A stretch of DNA of 34,036 bases, taken from the IMG/VR virus record IMGVR_UViG_3300020044_005029, positions 1-34,036 of that record. One strand, given 5' to 3'. Below the pieces are notes generated by a model. It was not told the origin of the DNA. It ran no database searches and was given only the letters and a program-made list of their open reading frames with translations. This DNA is from a virus. Taxonomy: Duplodnaviria; Caudoviricetes. Position numbers and translations under genes: made by a program. Numbering within the stretch: the stretch's first letter is position 1; every line of letters begins with the position of its first letter. Positions 8,179 through 17,254 of this stretch are shown piece after piece.

Positions 8179-8813
8179 AGTACAGTCAGAGCACCATTGA
8201 GTTAATCAGGTCCATGTATTGCGATCACACAGCTAAGGAGATAGCCGAATCAATTGGTATATCCATTACAACGGTGTACAATTTGGTGTATAAGCATGGA
8301 ATCAAAAAGCCTAAGGAGTGGATTGTAAATCCGAAATCAGGAGGTTTTAAAAAAGGTGAACGCAATAGTCCAGGCACGGAATTTAAGAAAGGGCAAACAC
8401 CACACAACAAGGGCAAAAAAGTACAGCCACATGTGTACAAATCCTTGGCAAGGACTTTCTTTCCACCTGGACATGTACCATTCAATCACAAACCCATGTA
8501 CAGCATCAGCATTCGTGCAGATTCCGGAGGGATCCCTTACAAGTTTATCAAGATAAGGCCACAGTATTGGGAGTTATTACACAGATATTTGTGGATGGAG
8601 GCACATGGACCAATACCAAAGAACATGGTGGTGATATTCAAGGATGGCAACAGCCTGAATTGCCAGCTGTCAAACCTTGATATGATTACTAGGCAAGAGA
8701 ACATGCTAAGGAATTCATCCAACAATGTACCTGAACACCTTAAGGAGGTGGTCAAATTAAATAATAAGTTAACTAAAAAAATTAAAGAACATGGCAAAAA
8801 ACAAACTAAGTGA
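8175..8813 (+). CDS. HTH + FKKG-repeat + HNH-like endonuclease domain protein
   Basis: ATG at 8175 is coupled to the previous stop. LHRYLW...GPIPKNMVVIFKDGNSLNCQLSNL is HNH_3-like, but the first His position appears substituted. Confidence 0.75.
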   Translation: MKYSQSTIELIRSMYCDHTAKEIAESIGISITTVYNLVYKHGIKKPKEWIVNPKSGGFKKGERNSPGTEFKKGQTPHNKGKKVQPHVYKSLARTFFPPGHVPFNHKPMYSISIRADSGGIPYKFIKIRPQYWELLHRYLWMEAHGPIPKNMVVIFKDGNSLNCQLSNLDMITRQENMLRNSSNNVPEHLKEVVKLNNKLTKKIKEHGKKQTK

Positions 8814-9036
8814 TCTAAGGGATCACCTATTCAGCGCATTGGAGCGCATTGATGATGACCAATTGAATCCGGAGGAGCTGGATAATGAAATCAAAAAAGC
8901 AAATGCGGTGGCTAATTTGTCCAGCATGATCATCCAATCAGCAAAGATTGAGGTGGATTTCATTAAGGTCACCGGTAGATTGGACTCAAAGACCGAATTA
9001 TTCAAGAGCGTTGATACACCTAAACAATTAGACTGA
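8791..9036 (+). CDS. Phage hypothetical protein
   Basis: KNKLSDLRDHLFSALERI helical protein, coupled to the HNH gene. Confidence 0.7.
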   Translation: MAKNKLSDLRDHLFSALERIDDDQLNPEELDNEIKKANAVANLSSMIIQSAKIEVDFIKVTGRLDSKTELFKSVDTPKQLD

Positions 9037-9392
9037 TGATAAAGACACTATTTTTAGCCATTCTGAGCACGTTTCTATACACGAGCAAGGGTAAGGCTAC
9101 CTATTACGGAGAACATTGGACAGGGAGGCTTACTGCAAGCGGTGAGAGATTCCATGCTGATTCATTAACCTGCGCACATAAGACTCTGCCGTTTGGCACA
9201 TTGCTTTGTGTACATGATAACAAGTCTGACAAGGAGATTGTGGTCAAGGTCAATGACCGGTTGCCTAAGTCCAGCGGTGTATTGATAGACTTGACCTATG
9301 GAGCAGCCAAGCAGATGAACATGATACGCAAGGGAGTGCTGCAGGTGACCATCACAGAGGTGGGTAAAGGTAAAATCTATAAATCAAAATAA
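9036..9392 (+). CDS. rlpA: RlpA-like double-psi beta-barrel lytic transglycosylase with an N-terminal hydrophobic segment
   Basis: GKATYYG...TASGERF...TCAHKTLPFGT...VKVNDR...IDLTYGAA. Confidence 0.85.
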   Translation: MIKTLFLAILSTFLYTSKGKATYYGEHWTGRLTASGERFHADSLTCAHKTLPFGTLLCVHDNKSDKEIVVKVNDRLPKSSGVLIDLTYGAAKQMNMIRKGVLQVTITEVGKGKIYKSK

Positions 9393-9395
9393 ACA

Positions 9396-9638
9396 ATGGA
9401 GAACAAAGACAACAGCGGAGCTCTATTCCGCAATGAGAACAAGGTACAGGGTAGCAATCAACCTGACTACACCGGCAACATCACCATCAATGGTGAGCGC
9501 AAACGATTGGCTGCATGGATAAAGGAGTCCAAGGCAGGGAACAAGTTTATGAGCGTTCAAATATCTGATTTCAACAATGAGCAAGGTAATCAAGCACCAC
9601 CTAAGCAAGCCCAGGCAGATGATGATCTCCCTTTCTAA
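9396..9638 (+). CDS. Putative single-stranded DNA-binding protein
   Basis: GALFRN...PDYTGNI...AAW; acidic DDDLPF C-terminus as in SSBs. Confidence 0.7.
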   Translation: MENKDNSGALFRNENKVQGSNQPDYTGNITINGERKRLAAWIKESKAGNKFMSVQISDFNNEQGNQAPPKQAQADDDLPF

Positions 9639-9843
9639 GGGGTATGAGCTCACAGATTATGTGAGGGATCAGCTGATTCAAATGCTTACACCACGTTACA
9701 AGCTCGGATTCATGGCCTTGGATATGGATGTGACCTATCACCAGCTATGGAGATTCATGCGAGGTGAGAAAATGTCCGAGGTGTTTATCAACAAGGCGTT
9801 CAGATTTTTACTAAATTCACGGGGTGAAATTCTGGAGGATTGA
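9619..9843 (+). CDS. Small putative HTH protein
   Basis: MALDMDVTYHQLWRFMRG is HTH-like; start uncertain (9577, 9619 or 9622). Confidence 0.5.
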   Translation: MMISLSKGYELTDYVRDQLIQMLTPRYKLGFMALDMDVTYHQLWRFMRGEKMSEVFINKAFRFLLNSRGEILED

Positions 9844-10324
9844 GGCATACAGGTTGGCTAAGTCAATCACACGAGGCAATCCCTTGTATGAGGACTTGGT
9901 CAGCCATGTGTACATCCTGATGGATAAGTACAACGTGAGAGAGGAGGATCTGCCAAGGACCTTTGTACGGTTCGCACACAACCAATGGAATTGGTATCAA
10001 TCAGACTTCAACAAGCAATTCAGAGGCTCTGCCAATACGGTGGAGCTTTCTGAGTTACTGCCATCTGATCCTGATGATACACCAAGTGAGCTGCTGAAAT
10101 TCCTACAGAGCTATCTTGATGAGTCACCGGCAGATGATTCGGACACATTTTGTAAAGAGATTACAAAGATGTACCTTTATGGAATGACCTACAGAGAGAT
10201 ACGTGCCGAAACAGGCATATCCCTGGACATCATTCACAAGGCAATTAAACAAGTGAAACATGATATACATCATTCTTATGAGCATAGGGATAGCCCGTGC
10301 ATTGCAGACATTCCCTCTGCCTGA
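9824..10324 (+). CDS. Sigma-70/ECF-like transcription factor (candidate late-gene regulator)
   Basis: Region 2-like YEDLVSHVYI...FV; region 4 HTH MYLYGMTYREIRAETGISLDIIHKAIKQVK. Confidence 0.7.
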   Translation: MKFWRIEAYRLAKSITRGNPLYEDLVSHVYILMDKYNVREEDLPRTFVRFAHNQWNWYQSDFNKQFRGSANTVELSELLPSDPDDTPSELLKFLQSYLDESPADDSDTFCKEITKMYLYGMTYREIRAETGISLDIIHKAIKQVKHDIHHSYEHRDSPCIADIPSA

Positions 10325-10466
10325 TTATAAACCATTTAACTGCCAATCATGCCTGGCATTTTGGTCCACGTTTGTGGTGTGCCTATGCACAGAGCCCGAA
10401 CTTGTGGGCATAAGTTTTATAAGCTATCTGATTAGTGACTTAATTTTGACACATGAAAATAAGTGA
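10260..10466 (+). CDS. Small membrane protein with CxxC
   Basis: KPFNCQSCLAFW flanked by hydrophobic segments. Confidence 0.6.
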   Translation: MIYIILMSIGIARALQTFPLPDYKPFNCQSCLAFWSTFVVCLCTEPELVGISFISYLISDLILTHENK

Positions 10467-10809
10467 GGAGCTCAGCCAACAGGCTGAAAGATACGAGCGC
10501 ACAAGATCATTCAATCTGAGCAATATACTCAAGGTGGAGCTTGCTGCATGGTACAAAGATAAGCAGGGCAAGACATTGAACATTGGATGTGGCACATGCA
10601 TACGTAATGCCATGCGTGATCTTGTGGCAGCAGGCAACCAATCAACGCAGCCAGCCATCCGCAGGGTGCCATTCAAGGGCATTGTGCAACCCAAGCCAAA
10701 GGCAATTGAAGAAATGAGCTACAAAGAGCTGCGTGCCATGGCTAAGGAGAAAGGAATCAAGGGCACGTTGAAGCGTGAGGAGTACATTGCACTATTGAGC
10801 AATGCATAA
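10453..10809 (+). CDS. Hypothetical protein with CxxC and a C-terminal Rho-N/HeH-like motif
   Basis: GCGTC; MSYKELRAMAKEKGIKGTLKREEYIALL. Confidence 0.6.
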   Translation: MKISEELSQQAERYERTRSFNLSNILKVELAAWYKDKQGKTLNIGCGTCIRNAMRDLVAAGNQSTQPAIRRVPFKGIVQPKPKAIEEMSYKELRAMAKEKGIKGTLKREEYIALLSNA

Positions 10810-10975
10810 ACACATCGACATGGGTGATATGTGCGAAGCCACGGAGGATGGCAAGCATTGGGAGATAGTCAAATACCTGTTCTTTGATGATCACAATGAG
10901 GAGTATGTGTGCCTGGTTGATAGTTGCTATTGCAAGTCCTTCATTGATGTAAGGCAATTGACTGCTGAACTATGA
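10802..10975 (+). CDS. Hypothetical protein (57 aa)
   Basis: ATG at 10802 to TGA at 10973-10975; fills the gap and is ATGA-coupled to the glycosyltransferase. Confidence 0.55.
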   Translation: MHKHIDMGDMCEATEDGKHWEIVKYLFFDDHNEEYVCLVDSCYCKSFIDVRQLTAEL

Positions 10976-11892
10976 GAGTGCTGAACATTTCATCTGTGGA
11001 TTACGCCAATATGAGCCATAACAATGCTCAGGCATTGCGGTCCATTGGTATTGATTGCGATGATTGGACCATGTCTGTTCATGCGTTTCAATACACCAGC
11101 CAATCACAGGTGGTGACAGCCAAGCATATCATGGAGCGATTCGTTGAGTATGATGTGATTCAGTTGTTCCATTCCTGTGAAAAGACCTACATGCTGATTA
11201 TGGCACATCCAAACATAGTGGTGTACCATACAGGCACAAGGTACAGGATGAACAAACGGTACTATGATAACCTGTACATGGGACGCACCATTGCCACAGA
11301 TCAGTGTGAATTCCTGCTGCATGACCCTAGTATGCTATATGTGGCACCGCATACCACATTGACACAGGCAAAAAGACCCTACAGGACCAAGCTACGCATA
11401 GCACACTATCCATCCAATCACCTGGTGAAAGGAACAAAGACCATCCAAAGGCTATTGGAGCCATTCAAGGATAGGTTTGAGATTGACATCAACACCAACC
11501 GTGAGCCACATGAAAAGAATCTGTACCGCATTGGCCTTGCCGATATATACATTGAGCTGTTTAATCCTACGCAGAATGGGCAGCCTTATGGTTGTTTTGG
11601 CGTTACAGCTTTTGAAGCCACGGCGATGGGAGTCATGGTGGTGACAAACAACGTCAACAGGCAGGCATACGAGGATGTGTATGGTGCACATCCATTCCTT
11701 ACACCTAACGATGAGATGGCATTCATTCAGGCCATTGAGTCATTGGCTGTACCACGTGAGCAATTCGATGCCAAGCGTGAGGAGCTACATGCCGGATTCA
11801 GGGATAAGCATAGCATAAAGGCAACAGGTGAACGTATTAAACAGATTATAAATGAAGGTATCAAGAGCAAGGTGGGAGCTGGCAACCATTAA
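10972..11892 (+). CDS. GT-B fold (GT4-like) glycosyltransferase
   Basis: IAHYPS...KGT...ADIYIE...FGVTAFEATAMGVMVV matches the GT-B C-terminal donor-binding pattern. Confidence 0.75.
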   Translation: MRVLNISSVDYANMSHNNAQALRSIGIDCDDWTMSVHAFQYTSQSQVVTAKHIMERFVEYDVIQLFHSCEKTYMLIMAHPNIVVYHTGTRYRMNKRYYDNLYMGRTIATDQCEFLLHDPSMLYVAPHTTLTQAKRPYRTKLRIAHYPSNHLVKGTKTIQRLLEPFKDRFEIDINTNREPHEKNLYRIGLADIYIELFNPTQNGQPYGCFGVTAFEATAMGVMVVTNNVNRQAYEDVYGAHPFLTPNDEMAFIQAIESLAVPREQFDAKREELHAGFRDKHSIKATGERIKQIINEGIKSKVGAGNH

Positions 11893-12388
11893 CCTGATTG
11901 CAAGGCGATTGGCTAATGGTCACAATGATGACAATAGGAGCAATCCAAACCCGGTTAGGGATTACGCAAGCCATCTGATTAGATGCGGATTTGGCAATAG
12001 CGTGCTGGATGTTGGATGTGGATCACAACACCTGAAGACATGCCTACCAAATGATGTGGAATACATTGGCATGGATGCATTTCCTGTGGATGGAACAGAT
12101 ACCATCAGGATGGCAGTGGAGGATATGGAAGGCATTGAGGTTGATACAGTGGTGGCCTTTGCTGTCCTGGACAATTGCATGGATTTCTTCCAGGCATGTG
12201 ATCGGATGAAGGCAGCTGCCAGGCAGAACGTAATGATTCTCACAGGGATGAACATTGAGGTGGACCAATATCACACATTTAACCTGCAGCGTGAACACTT
12301 TAAATTGGCTTTCCATGATTGGCATTGCTCAGTAGAACATCAAATAATACCCAAGGTATGGCTCCTGAACTTCCAAAGGTTAGCATAA
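11852..12388 (+). CDS. Class I SAM-dependent methyltransferase
   Basis: VLDVGCGS, YIGMD, DTVVAFAVLD. Confidence 0.8.
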   Translation: MKVSRARWELATINLIARRLANGHNDDNRSNPNPVRDYASHLIRCGFGNSVLDVGCGSQHLKTCLPNDVEYIGMDAFPVDGTDTIRMAVEDMEGIEVDTVVAFAVLDNCMDFFQACDRMKAAARQNVMILTGMNIEVDQYHTFNLQREHFKLAFHDWHCSVEHQIIPKVWLLNFQRLA

Positions 12389-12984
12389 TTATTCCCTACA
12401 AGGTGGACCGTGGATACCTTAGGCAAGCTGAGGAGTCTATCCGTGAACAGAATTACACCGGTGAGATTCAGGTAATCCATTCACAGAGTGATCAGGGAGT
12501 GGCGTACAATCTGAACAGGGGCATTGAGCGTGCTACAGGCACATATGTCAAATACCTGTGTGATGATGACATGCTTACACCTTACTCATTGCTGCACAGC
12601 GTTTATGCTATTCAAGGATATGACTTCATACATGGATGTGCCATTAATTTTTGGGCAGATGGAAGGGAGCAGATCTATAGACCGCCAAACACTAGTCCAT
12701 CACTACAGGAGATGGCGCAGCGTAATGTAATTCATGGAGGTACATTGATGTACAGGAGTGATGTGTTTGAGCGCATAGGCATGTTTGATGAGTCACTTGA
12801 TTGTGCTGAGGAATATGAATTCAATATGAGATGCCTACAGGCTGGAATGAAATTAGGCTTTGCCAATAGTTACCTGTACAAATACAGGAGGCATGCACAG
12901 CAGAAAAGCCTTGGCAGTCATGTGGACCAAACCATAAGAGGTAAGAAAATTAAATTAATACAACAGAGGTATATTAATAAATAA
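12358..12984 (+). CDS. GT2 (GT-A fold) glycosyltransferase
   Basis: VSIIIP...NRGIERATGTYVKYLCDDD...GMFDESL...EEYEF...YRRH; ATG at 12358 preferred. Confidence 0.9.
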   Translation: MAPELPKVSIIIPYKVDRGYLRQAEESIREQNYTGEIQVIHSQSDQGVAYNLNRGIERATGTYVKYLCDDDMLTPYSLLHSVYAIQGYDFIHGCAINFWADGREQIYRPPNTSPSLQEMAQRNVIHGGTLMYRSDVFERIGMFDESLDCAEEYEFNMRCLQAGMKLGFANSYLYKYRRHAQQKSLGSHVDQTIRGKKIKLIQQRYINK

Positions 12985-13012
12985 TACATATATATAGATA
13001 TATTATGTTAAA

Positions 13013-13030
13013 TAGAACAGAAAAACATAA
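13013..13030 (+). promoter_or_regulatory. Putative late promoter motif upstream of the terminase genes
   Basis: TAGAACA-GAAAAA-CATAA. Confidence 0.7.
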
Positions 13031-13041
13031 TTAGGTTTGTC

Positions 13042-13452
13042 ATGGCGAATTCATACGGTAAGGAGTTTGTATTGAGGCTACATCAGTTAGCGTTTGAATA
13101 CATGCAGGAATGTGTGCAAAACACAAGGCCACATGTTGCAGGGAATGGTAAAGTTATTCAGGTACCGGATAGACACATACCTACCATTGGGTACTTTCTG
13201 AACGTATGGCTGCCAATTGTGCGCAAGGAGAAAACAATCAACCGAGATACCTACTATGTATGGCTGAGAGGTGAGGCAGATGAGCCCCTAAAAACCGACA
13301 CTATAAAAACTATTGACGACATGTTTAAGAATCTGGCAAAGGATATTGTAGCCAATGAAGGCAAGGGAATATTCTACGCAAAGAATGCTCTGGGCATGCA
13401 TGACAGGCAGCAGGTTGAAACCCGGAATGTAGAGCGGTTTGATTTTGAATAA
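13042..13452 (+). CDS. terS: Terminase small subunit
   Basis: Directly upstream of TerL; PTIGYF...RDTYY.W...IFYAKNALGMHDRQQVE resembles TerS C-termini. Confidence 0.75.
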   Translation: MANSYGKEFVLRLHQLAFEYMQECVQNTRPHVAGNGKVIQVPDRHIPTIGYFLNVWLPIVRKEKTINRDTYYVWLRGEADEPLKTDTIKTIDDMFKNLAKDIVANEGKGIFYAKNALGMHDRQQVETRNVERFDFE

Positions 13453-13504
13453 TTGTGTATATTTGTACGGTTGACAAAACATAGCGGTTTTAGTTTGGTT
13501 AGGT

Positions 13505-13531
13505 AGGGATGGCAGCAGCTATCCCTTTTTT
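13505..13531 (+). terminator. Intrinsic terminator-like hairpin between terS and terL
   Basis: Stem AGGGATGGC/GCTATCCCT, loop AGCA, followed by a T-run. Confidence 0.7.
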
Positions 13532-13536
13532 ATGAT

Positions 13537-14739
13537 ATGAGCACAGTCAAAGGATATAAGCCCCATGCCAATCAAAGGCTGATTCATGATTCAATCAATC
13601 ATGGACCATATAAGTATTACGTGCTGAACATAGGCCGGCAGTTTGGCAAGACCTTGCTGGGGATTAATCAGATGCTATGGTGGGCAATCAATGATAAGGG
13701 CTGCAACATCGCATGGGTCACACCGGTGTACAAGCAGAGCAAGAAAGTGTTTGATGAGATGGAGCGAGTCACAAGGGCATCCGGCCTGTTTGAATTCCAT
13801 AGGTCAGATTTATGGATCAAGGGATTTGGCAGCACCATCACGTTCTATTCAGGTGAGAAACCCGATAATATCCGAGGGAATACATTTGATTATCTAATCA
13901 TTGATGAGATGGCATTCACCAGGGCAGAGCTGTGGGATGAGGTGCTGAGTGCAACCGTATTGGTCAAGGGAAAAAAGGTCCTGTTCATTTCAACGCCCAA
14001 GGGAAGGAATCACTTCCACAGGTTGGCTCTGCAGCACAACTATGATGAGAGGTATAAGTACTTTCAATTCAGCAGCTATGACAATCCCCTCATTGATCAA
14101 CAGGATTTGGATGAGCGCAAGAGGTCACTGCCTGATCATATCTTCCGGCAGGAGTACATGGCAGAGTTTGTTGACAATGCATCCGGGCTGTTCCGCAATA
14201 TACAGGCATGCATTGGTACCGGACAGCCAACAGGCAAGGCATATGCCGGGCTGGATATCGGTAGGGCTGATGATTACACCGTGCTATCCGTGATCAACAG
14301 TGATGGGCACATGCTGGCTGTGTACAGGTGGAGGCATATGGAGTGGTCACAGATCATTGACCAAGTGGAGGCACGCATCAAGCAGCACAATGCCCTCACA
14401 TTGGTAGAGGTCAACAATCAGGGTGATGTGTTCTATGAGATGCTGGCCAAGAGGTGCCGTAACAATGTGGAGCCATGGGTCACCTCATCCAAGTCCAAGC
14501 CTGTATTGATTGAGGATTTAGCAGTAGCCTTTGAACAGGCAGCCATCAGCGTCAATGATGAAAGGTGGCTGCTTGATGAATTGGAGGCTTTTACGTACAT
14601 TTACAATCCAAGCACAAGGTCAGTGAAATATGCAGCACCGGATGGGTTGCATGATGATGGGGTGATTAGCCTGGCATTGGCATGGCATTGTCGCAAGGCA
14701 TACAGTAAACGGGGGCAATATAAAGTGATGAGAGTATGA
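13537..14739 (+). CDS. terL: Terminase large subunit
   Basis: GRQFGKT, LIIDE, ISTPKG; nuclease-domain motifs GLDIG...D and HDD. Confidence 0.95.
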   Translation: MSTVKGYKPHANQRLIHDSINHGPYKYYVLNIGRQFGKTLLGINQMLWWAINDKGCNIAWVTPVYKQSKKVFDEMERVTRASGLFEFHRSDLWIKGFGSTITFYSGEKPDNIRGNTFDYLIIDEMAFTRAELWDEVLSATVLVKGKKVLFISTPKGRNHFHRLALQHNYDERYKYFQFSSYDNPLIDQQDLDERKRSLPDHIFRQEYMAEFVDNASGLFRNIQACIGTGQPTGKAYAGLDIGRADDYTVLSVINSDGHMLAVYRWRHMEWSQIIDQVEARIKQHNALTLVEVNNQGDVFYEMLAKRCRNNVEPWVTSSKSKPVLIEDLAVAFEQAAISVNDERWLLDELEAFTYIYNPSTRSVKYAAPDGLHDDGVISLALAWHCRKAYSKRGQYKVMRV

Positions 14740-15449
14740 GTGTGATTGAGGTAAAATATCCAAGGCATATCAGGGAGTGCAGTCCAATCATGGTGACCAA
14801 GTGGCTGCATATGGCACCGCTGTGGAAGGAGGCACAGAGCAATCTGAGTGGTATGCTTGACTTCCACGTTCAGGTGGTGAGTGTGTTCACAGGATTAAAG
14901 GTAAATGAGATCAAGAGGGCTGCGGTTGATGATGTGGTGAGGCTAAGCTACAGGCTGCTGAACATGATCAGTGACCATCAGATGGAGGAGCCATCCGGAA
15001 GGATAGTGATTGATGGGCAGGCATATGTGTATGAGAAGGATTTCAGCAAGATATCAACAGGCCAGATGATTGACATGAAGCTGATTGAGCGCGTACCGGA
15101 GGAGCCACATAAAGCATTGGCAATCTGCTATGTGGAGGAGGGTATGGAATACTGCCAAAAGGATGAGCGCGGTGTGGTGATTAATCCCAATGAAAAGAGG
15201 GAGGCACTATTCAAGGACCGGTTCCCCGGTGATGAATTTCTGAACTTCTTTGGTTTTTTTTTGCACTCATCCGAGAGCAGGAGAAACGCTATTTTGGCAC
15301 TACAGGTAGTGAGGATGGAAGCACAGAGGATGAAGATAATGAGGGAAGTCCAAAAGACAGCGAGTGGTTTACATGGACCGGAATCATCCTCAGGCTGGCT
15401 AAGGAGCTTAGTAGGTCGATTGACCAAATCACAAGGCAGCCGTACATAG
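14736..15449 (+). CDS. Tail assembly chaperone (G-like), zero-frame product
   Basis: Contains a T9 slippery run at 15254-15262 followed by a long open -1 frame. Confidence 0.7.
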   Translation: MSVIEVKYPRHIRECSPIMVTKWLHMAPLWKEAQSNLSGMLDFHVQVVSVFTGLKVNEIKRAAVDDVVRLSYRLLNMISDHQMEEPSGRIVIDGQAYVYEKDFSKISTGQMIDMKLIERVPEEPHKALAICYVEEGMEYCQKDERGVVINPNEKREALFKDRFPGDEFLNFFGFFLHSSESRRNAILALQVVRMEAQRMKIMREVQKTASGLHGPESSSGWLRSLVGRLTKSQGSRT

Positions 15450-15550
15450 AAAGCATGTTTTGGATGAACTACCTCAAGATCCGTGATGAACAGGAATACA
15501 TAAGGGATAGGGAGAGACAGCAACAAATGCAGGCGAAATATGGCAGATAA
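15252..15550 (+). other. Programmed -1 frameshift site and GT-like extension of the chaperone
   Basis: GGT TTT TTT TTG; the -1 frame reads ALIREQEKRYFG...WTGIILRLAKELSRSIDQITRQP...YGR and stops at 15548-15550, overlapping the next start. Confidence 0.8.
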
Positions 15551-16070
15551 GTTTGAATACCTCAATACGTTAGGAATCAGCAAGGGTGACCTAGCCAAGC
15601 CAGCCAATGCATATGAGGAGATGCTGCTGGAATTGGCTAAACAGCTCACATTGGAGCTACGTGAGGCTACATTAAACAAGGCAAGCAACAGCGGTGGGCT
15701 TGCATCCTCCATTGCTGCGGTGCCGGATGGAAAGATGACTGTCAAAATACAGGCAGATTTCTACTTCAAGTTTATGGATGAGGGTGTGAATCCCACAACA
15801 GGGAAGAAATTCCCATCCCCTTACAGCTTTAAAAAACCAACCGTTGCACCTGCGCACATTCAAGCCCTACAATCATGGAAAGGTTACAGTCCACAACGGG
15901 CATATGCATCAGCATACGTGACCAAGAACAGATTTGGGTTGAAGCCAAGGAACATCCTTGAGGATACAGTGAACGCAGATGCATTAAAGAAAATGAGTAA
16001 TGACCTGAGCACCTTGATGGGCATGACCTTGGAGGTGGTATGGGATAAAAACACAAAGACATGGCGGTAA
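15540..16070 (+). CDS. Putative tail completion / neck protein (HK97 gp10-like)
   Basis: ASNSGGLASSI...YFKFMDEGV...GLKPRNIL pattern; tail-region context. Confidence 0.55.
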   Translation: MADKFEYLNTLGISKGDLAKPANAYEEMLLELAKQLTLELREATLNKASNSGGLASSIAAVPDGKMTVKIQADFYFKFMDEGVNPTTGKKFPSPYSFKKPTVAPAHIQALQSWKGYSPQRAYASAYVTKNRFGLKPRNILEDTVNADALKKMSNDLSTLMGMTLEVVWDKNTKTWR

Positions 16071-17254
16071 CAATAGTACAAGAGCCGGATACATTCACAC
16101 CGGCATGCAATCCAATCGTATGGACATTTGAGAGTGATGAAACCATTCAACCAAATTTCAGCTTTTACGTGGAGCTGTATGTGAATGCCAACCTGCACAG
16201 CGCGCATCAGGTGTTCCCGGAGTCAGGAGCTTATGGTAAATTTGATGCAAGCCAAATCATGCGAGCTCTGACCACCACACCGGTGGCAGCACCTGACTTT
16301 GTTCAGGACTTTGGCACAGCAATGCTCACCTGCTACATTGATGTGTATGAAAAGTATGGGTTAACCCCAACACTACATGCCAATGATACAAGTGCAATCA
16401 GGAGAGCATTCAATGGATCGTTCAAATATGCTCAATTTGTAGGATGGAACAGTGATGCATACGATGTCAAGGAGACAAATGGTGCACTATTCACCACCAA
16501 CTTTCCAAGGGGTGAACGTGCATGGTGCAGATATGATGAATTCTTTTATCTTGGCCTGTTTGGTAAGCGGTTTGTCATGGGTGATGTGTGGCGTTTATTT
16601 GTGGAACTGTTTGATATTAATGGCAACAGCATCACATCGGATGCATACAATATTGGATATGAGAGATATTGGGAGCTAAATGTGGGGCCTGATGTGATTG
16701 TGAACAACACTACCATCACACAGGCACAGTTTGACCTAGCAGCATACTATGAGTGTTATGTGGAATATAGTGATGGGGTGACTACCAACTACACTGAGCT
16801 GTTCAAAATATGGTATGATCAAGAGTGCACCAGGTACACACCTGTCCGGTTGCATTGGCTGAACAAGTTTGGTGTGTATGATTCATATAGCTTTGACTTG
16901 GTTAGTCAGGACAGCGCAAATGTGACTACCAATAATTACCAGCAGCAGCTTGGTCAATGGGGCAACAGTGGTGCGTATGAATTCCCAAGGATTGGAGCAC
17001 AGATGAAACACTACAGCAAGAGAGCTGTGGAGCAGATGATCATAAACAGTGATTGGATTAAGGAGGCTGTGCAGCATTGGCTTGTGGAGGAGCTGTATGA
17101 GAGTCCACGGGTGTACATTCAACAGGGAAGCGCGTTTGTTTCTGTGATGGTCACCAATCCGAACTATGTTAAAAAGCTGAGGCGCAAGGATGGGTTGATA
17201 CAGGAGCTTGTTCAGATTGATAAGACCAATGAATACATAAGCCAACTGAACTAA
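16061..17254 (+). CDS. Tail structural protein (possible distal tail/baseplate)
   Basis: Beta-rich; WLNKFGVYDSYSF...EELYESPRVY; tail context. Confidence 0.6.
   Translation: MAVTIVQEPDTFTPACNPIVWTFESDETIQPNFSFYVELYVNANLHSAHQVFPESGAYGKFDASQIMRALTTTPVAAPDFVQDFGTAMLTCYIDVYEKYGLTPTLHANDTSAIRRAFNGSFKYAQFVGWNSDAYDVKETNGALFTTNFPRGERAWCRYDEFFYLGLFGKRFVMGDVWRLFVELFDINGNSITSDAYNIGYERYWELNVGPDVIVNNTTITQAQFDLAAYYECYVEYSDGVTTNYTELFKIWYDQECTRYTPVRLHWLNKFGVYDSYSFDLVSQDSANVTTNNYQQQLGQWGNSGAYEFPRIGAQMKHYSKRAVEQMIINSDWIKEAVQHWLVEELYESPRVYIQQGSAFVSVMVTNPNYVKKLRRKDGLIQELVQIDKTNEYISQLN

Noticed and set aside
8175-8813. HNH gene as an intron-encoded or mobile homing endonuclease
   Set aside because: It is translationally coupled on both sides, interrupts no gene, and the HNH motif looks degenerate.
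12333-12350. TAGAACA at 12333 (and at 6610) as late motifs
   Set aside because: Neither has CATAA at the 6-nt spacing, and both are intragenic.
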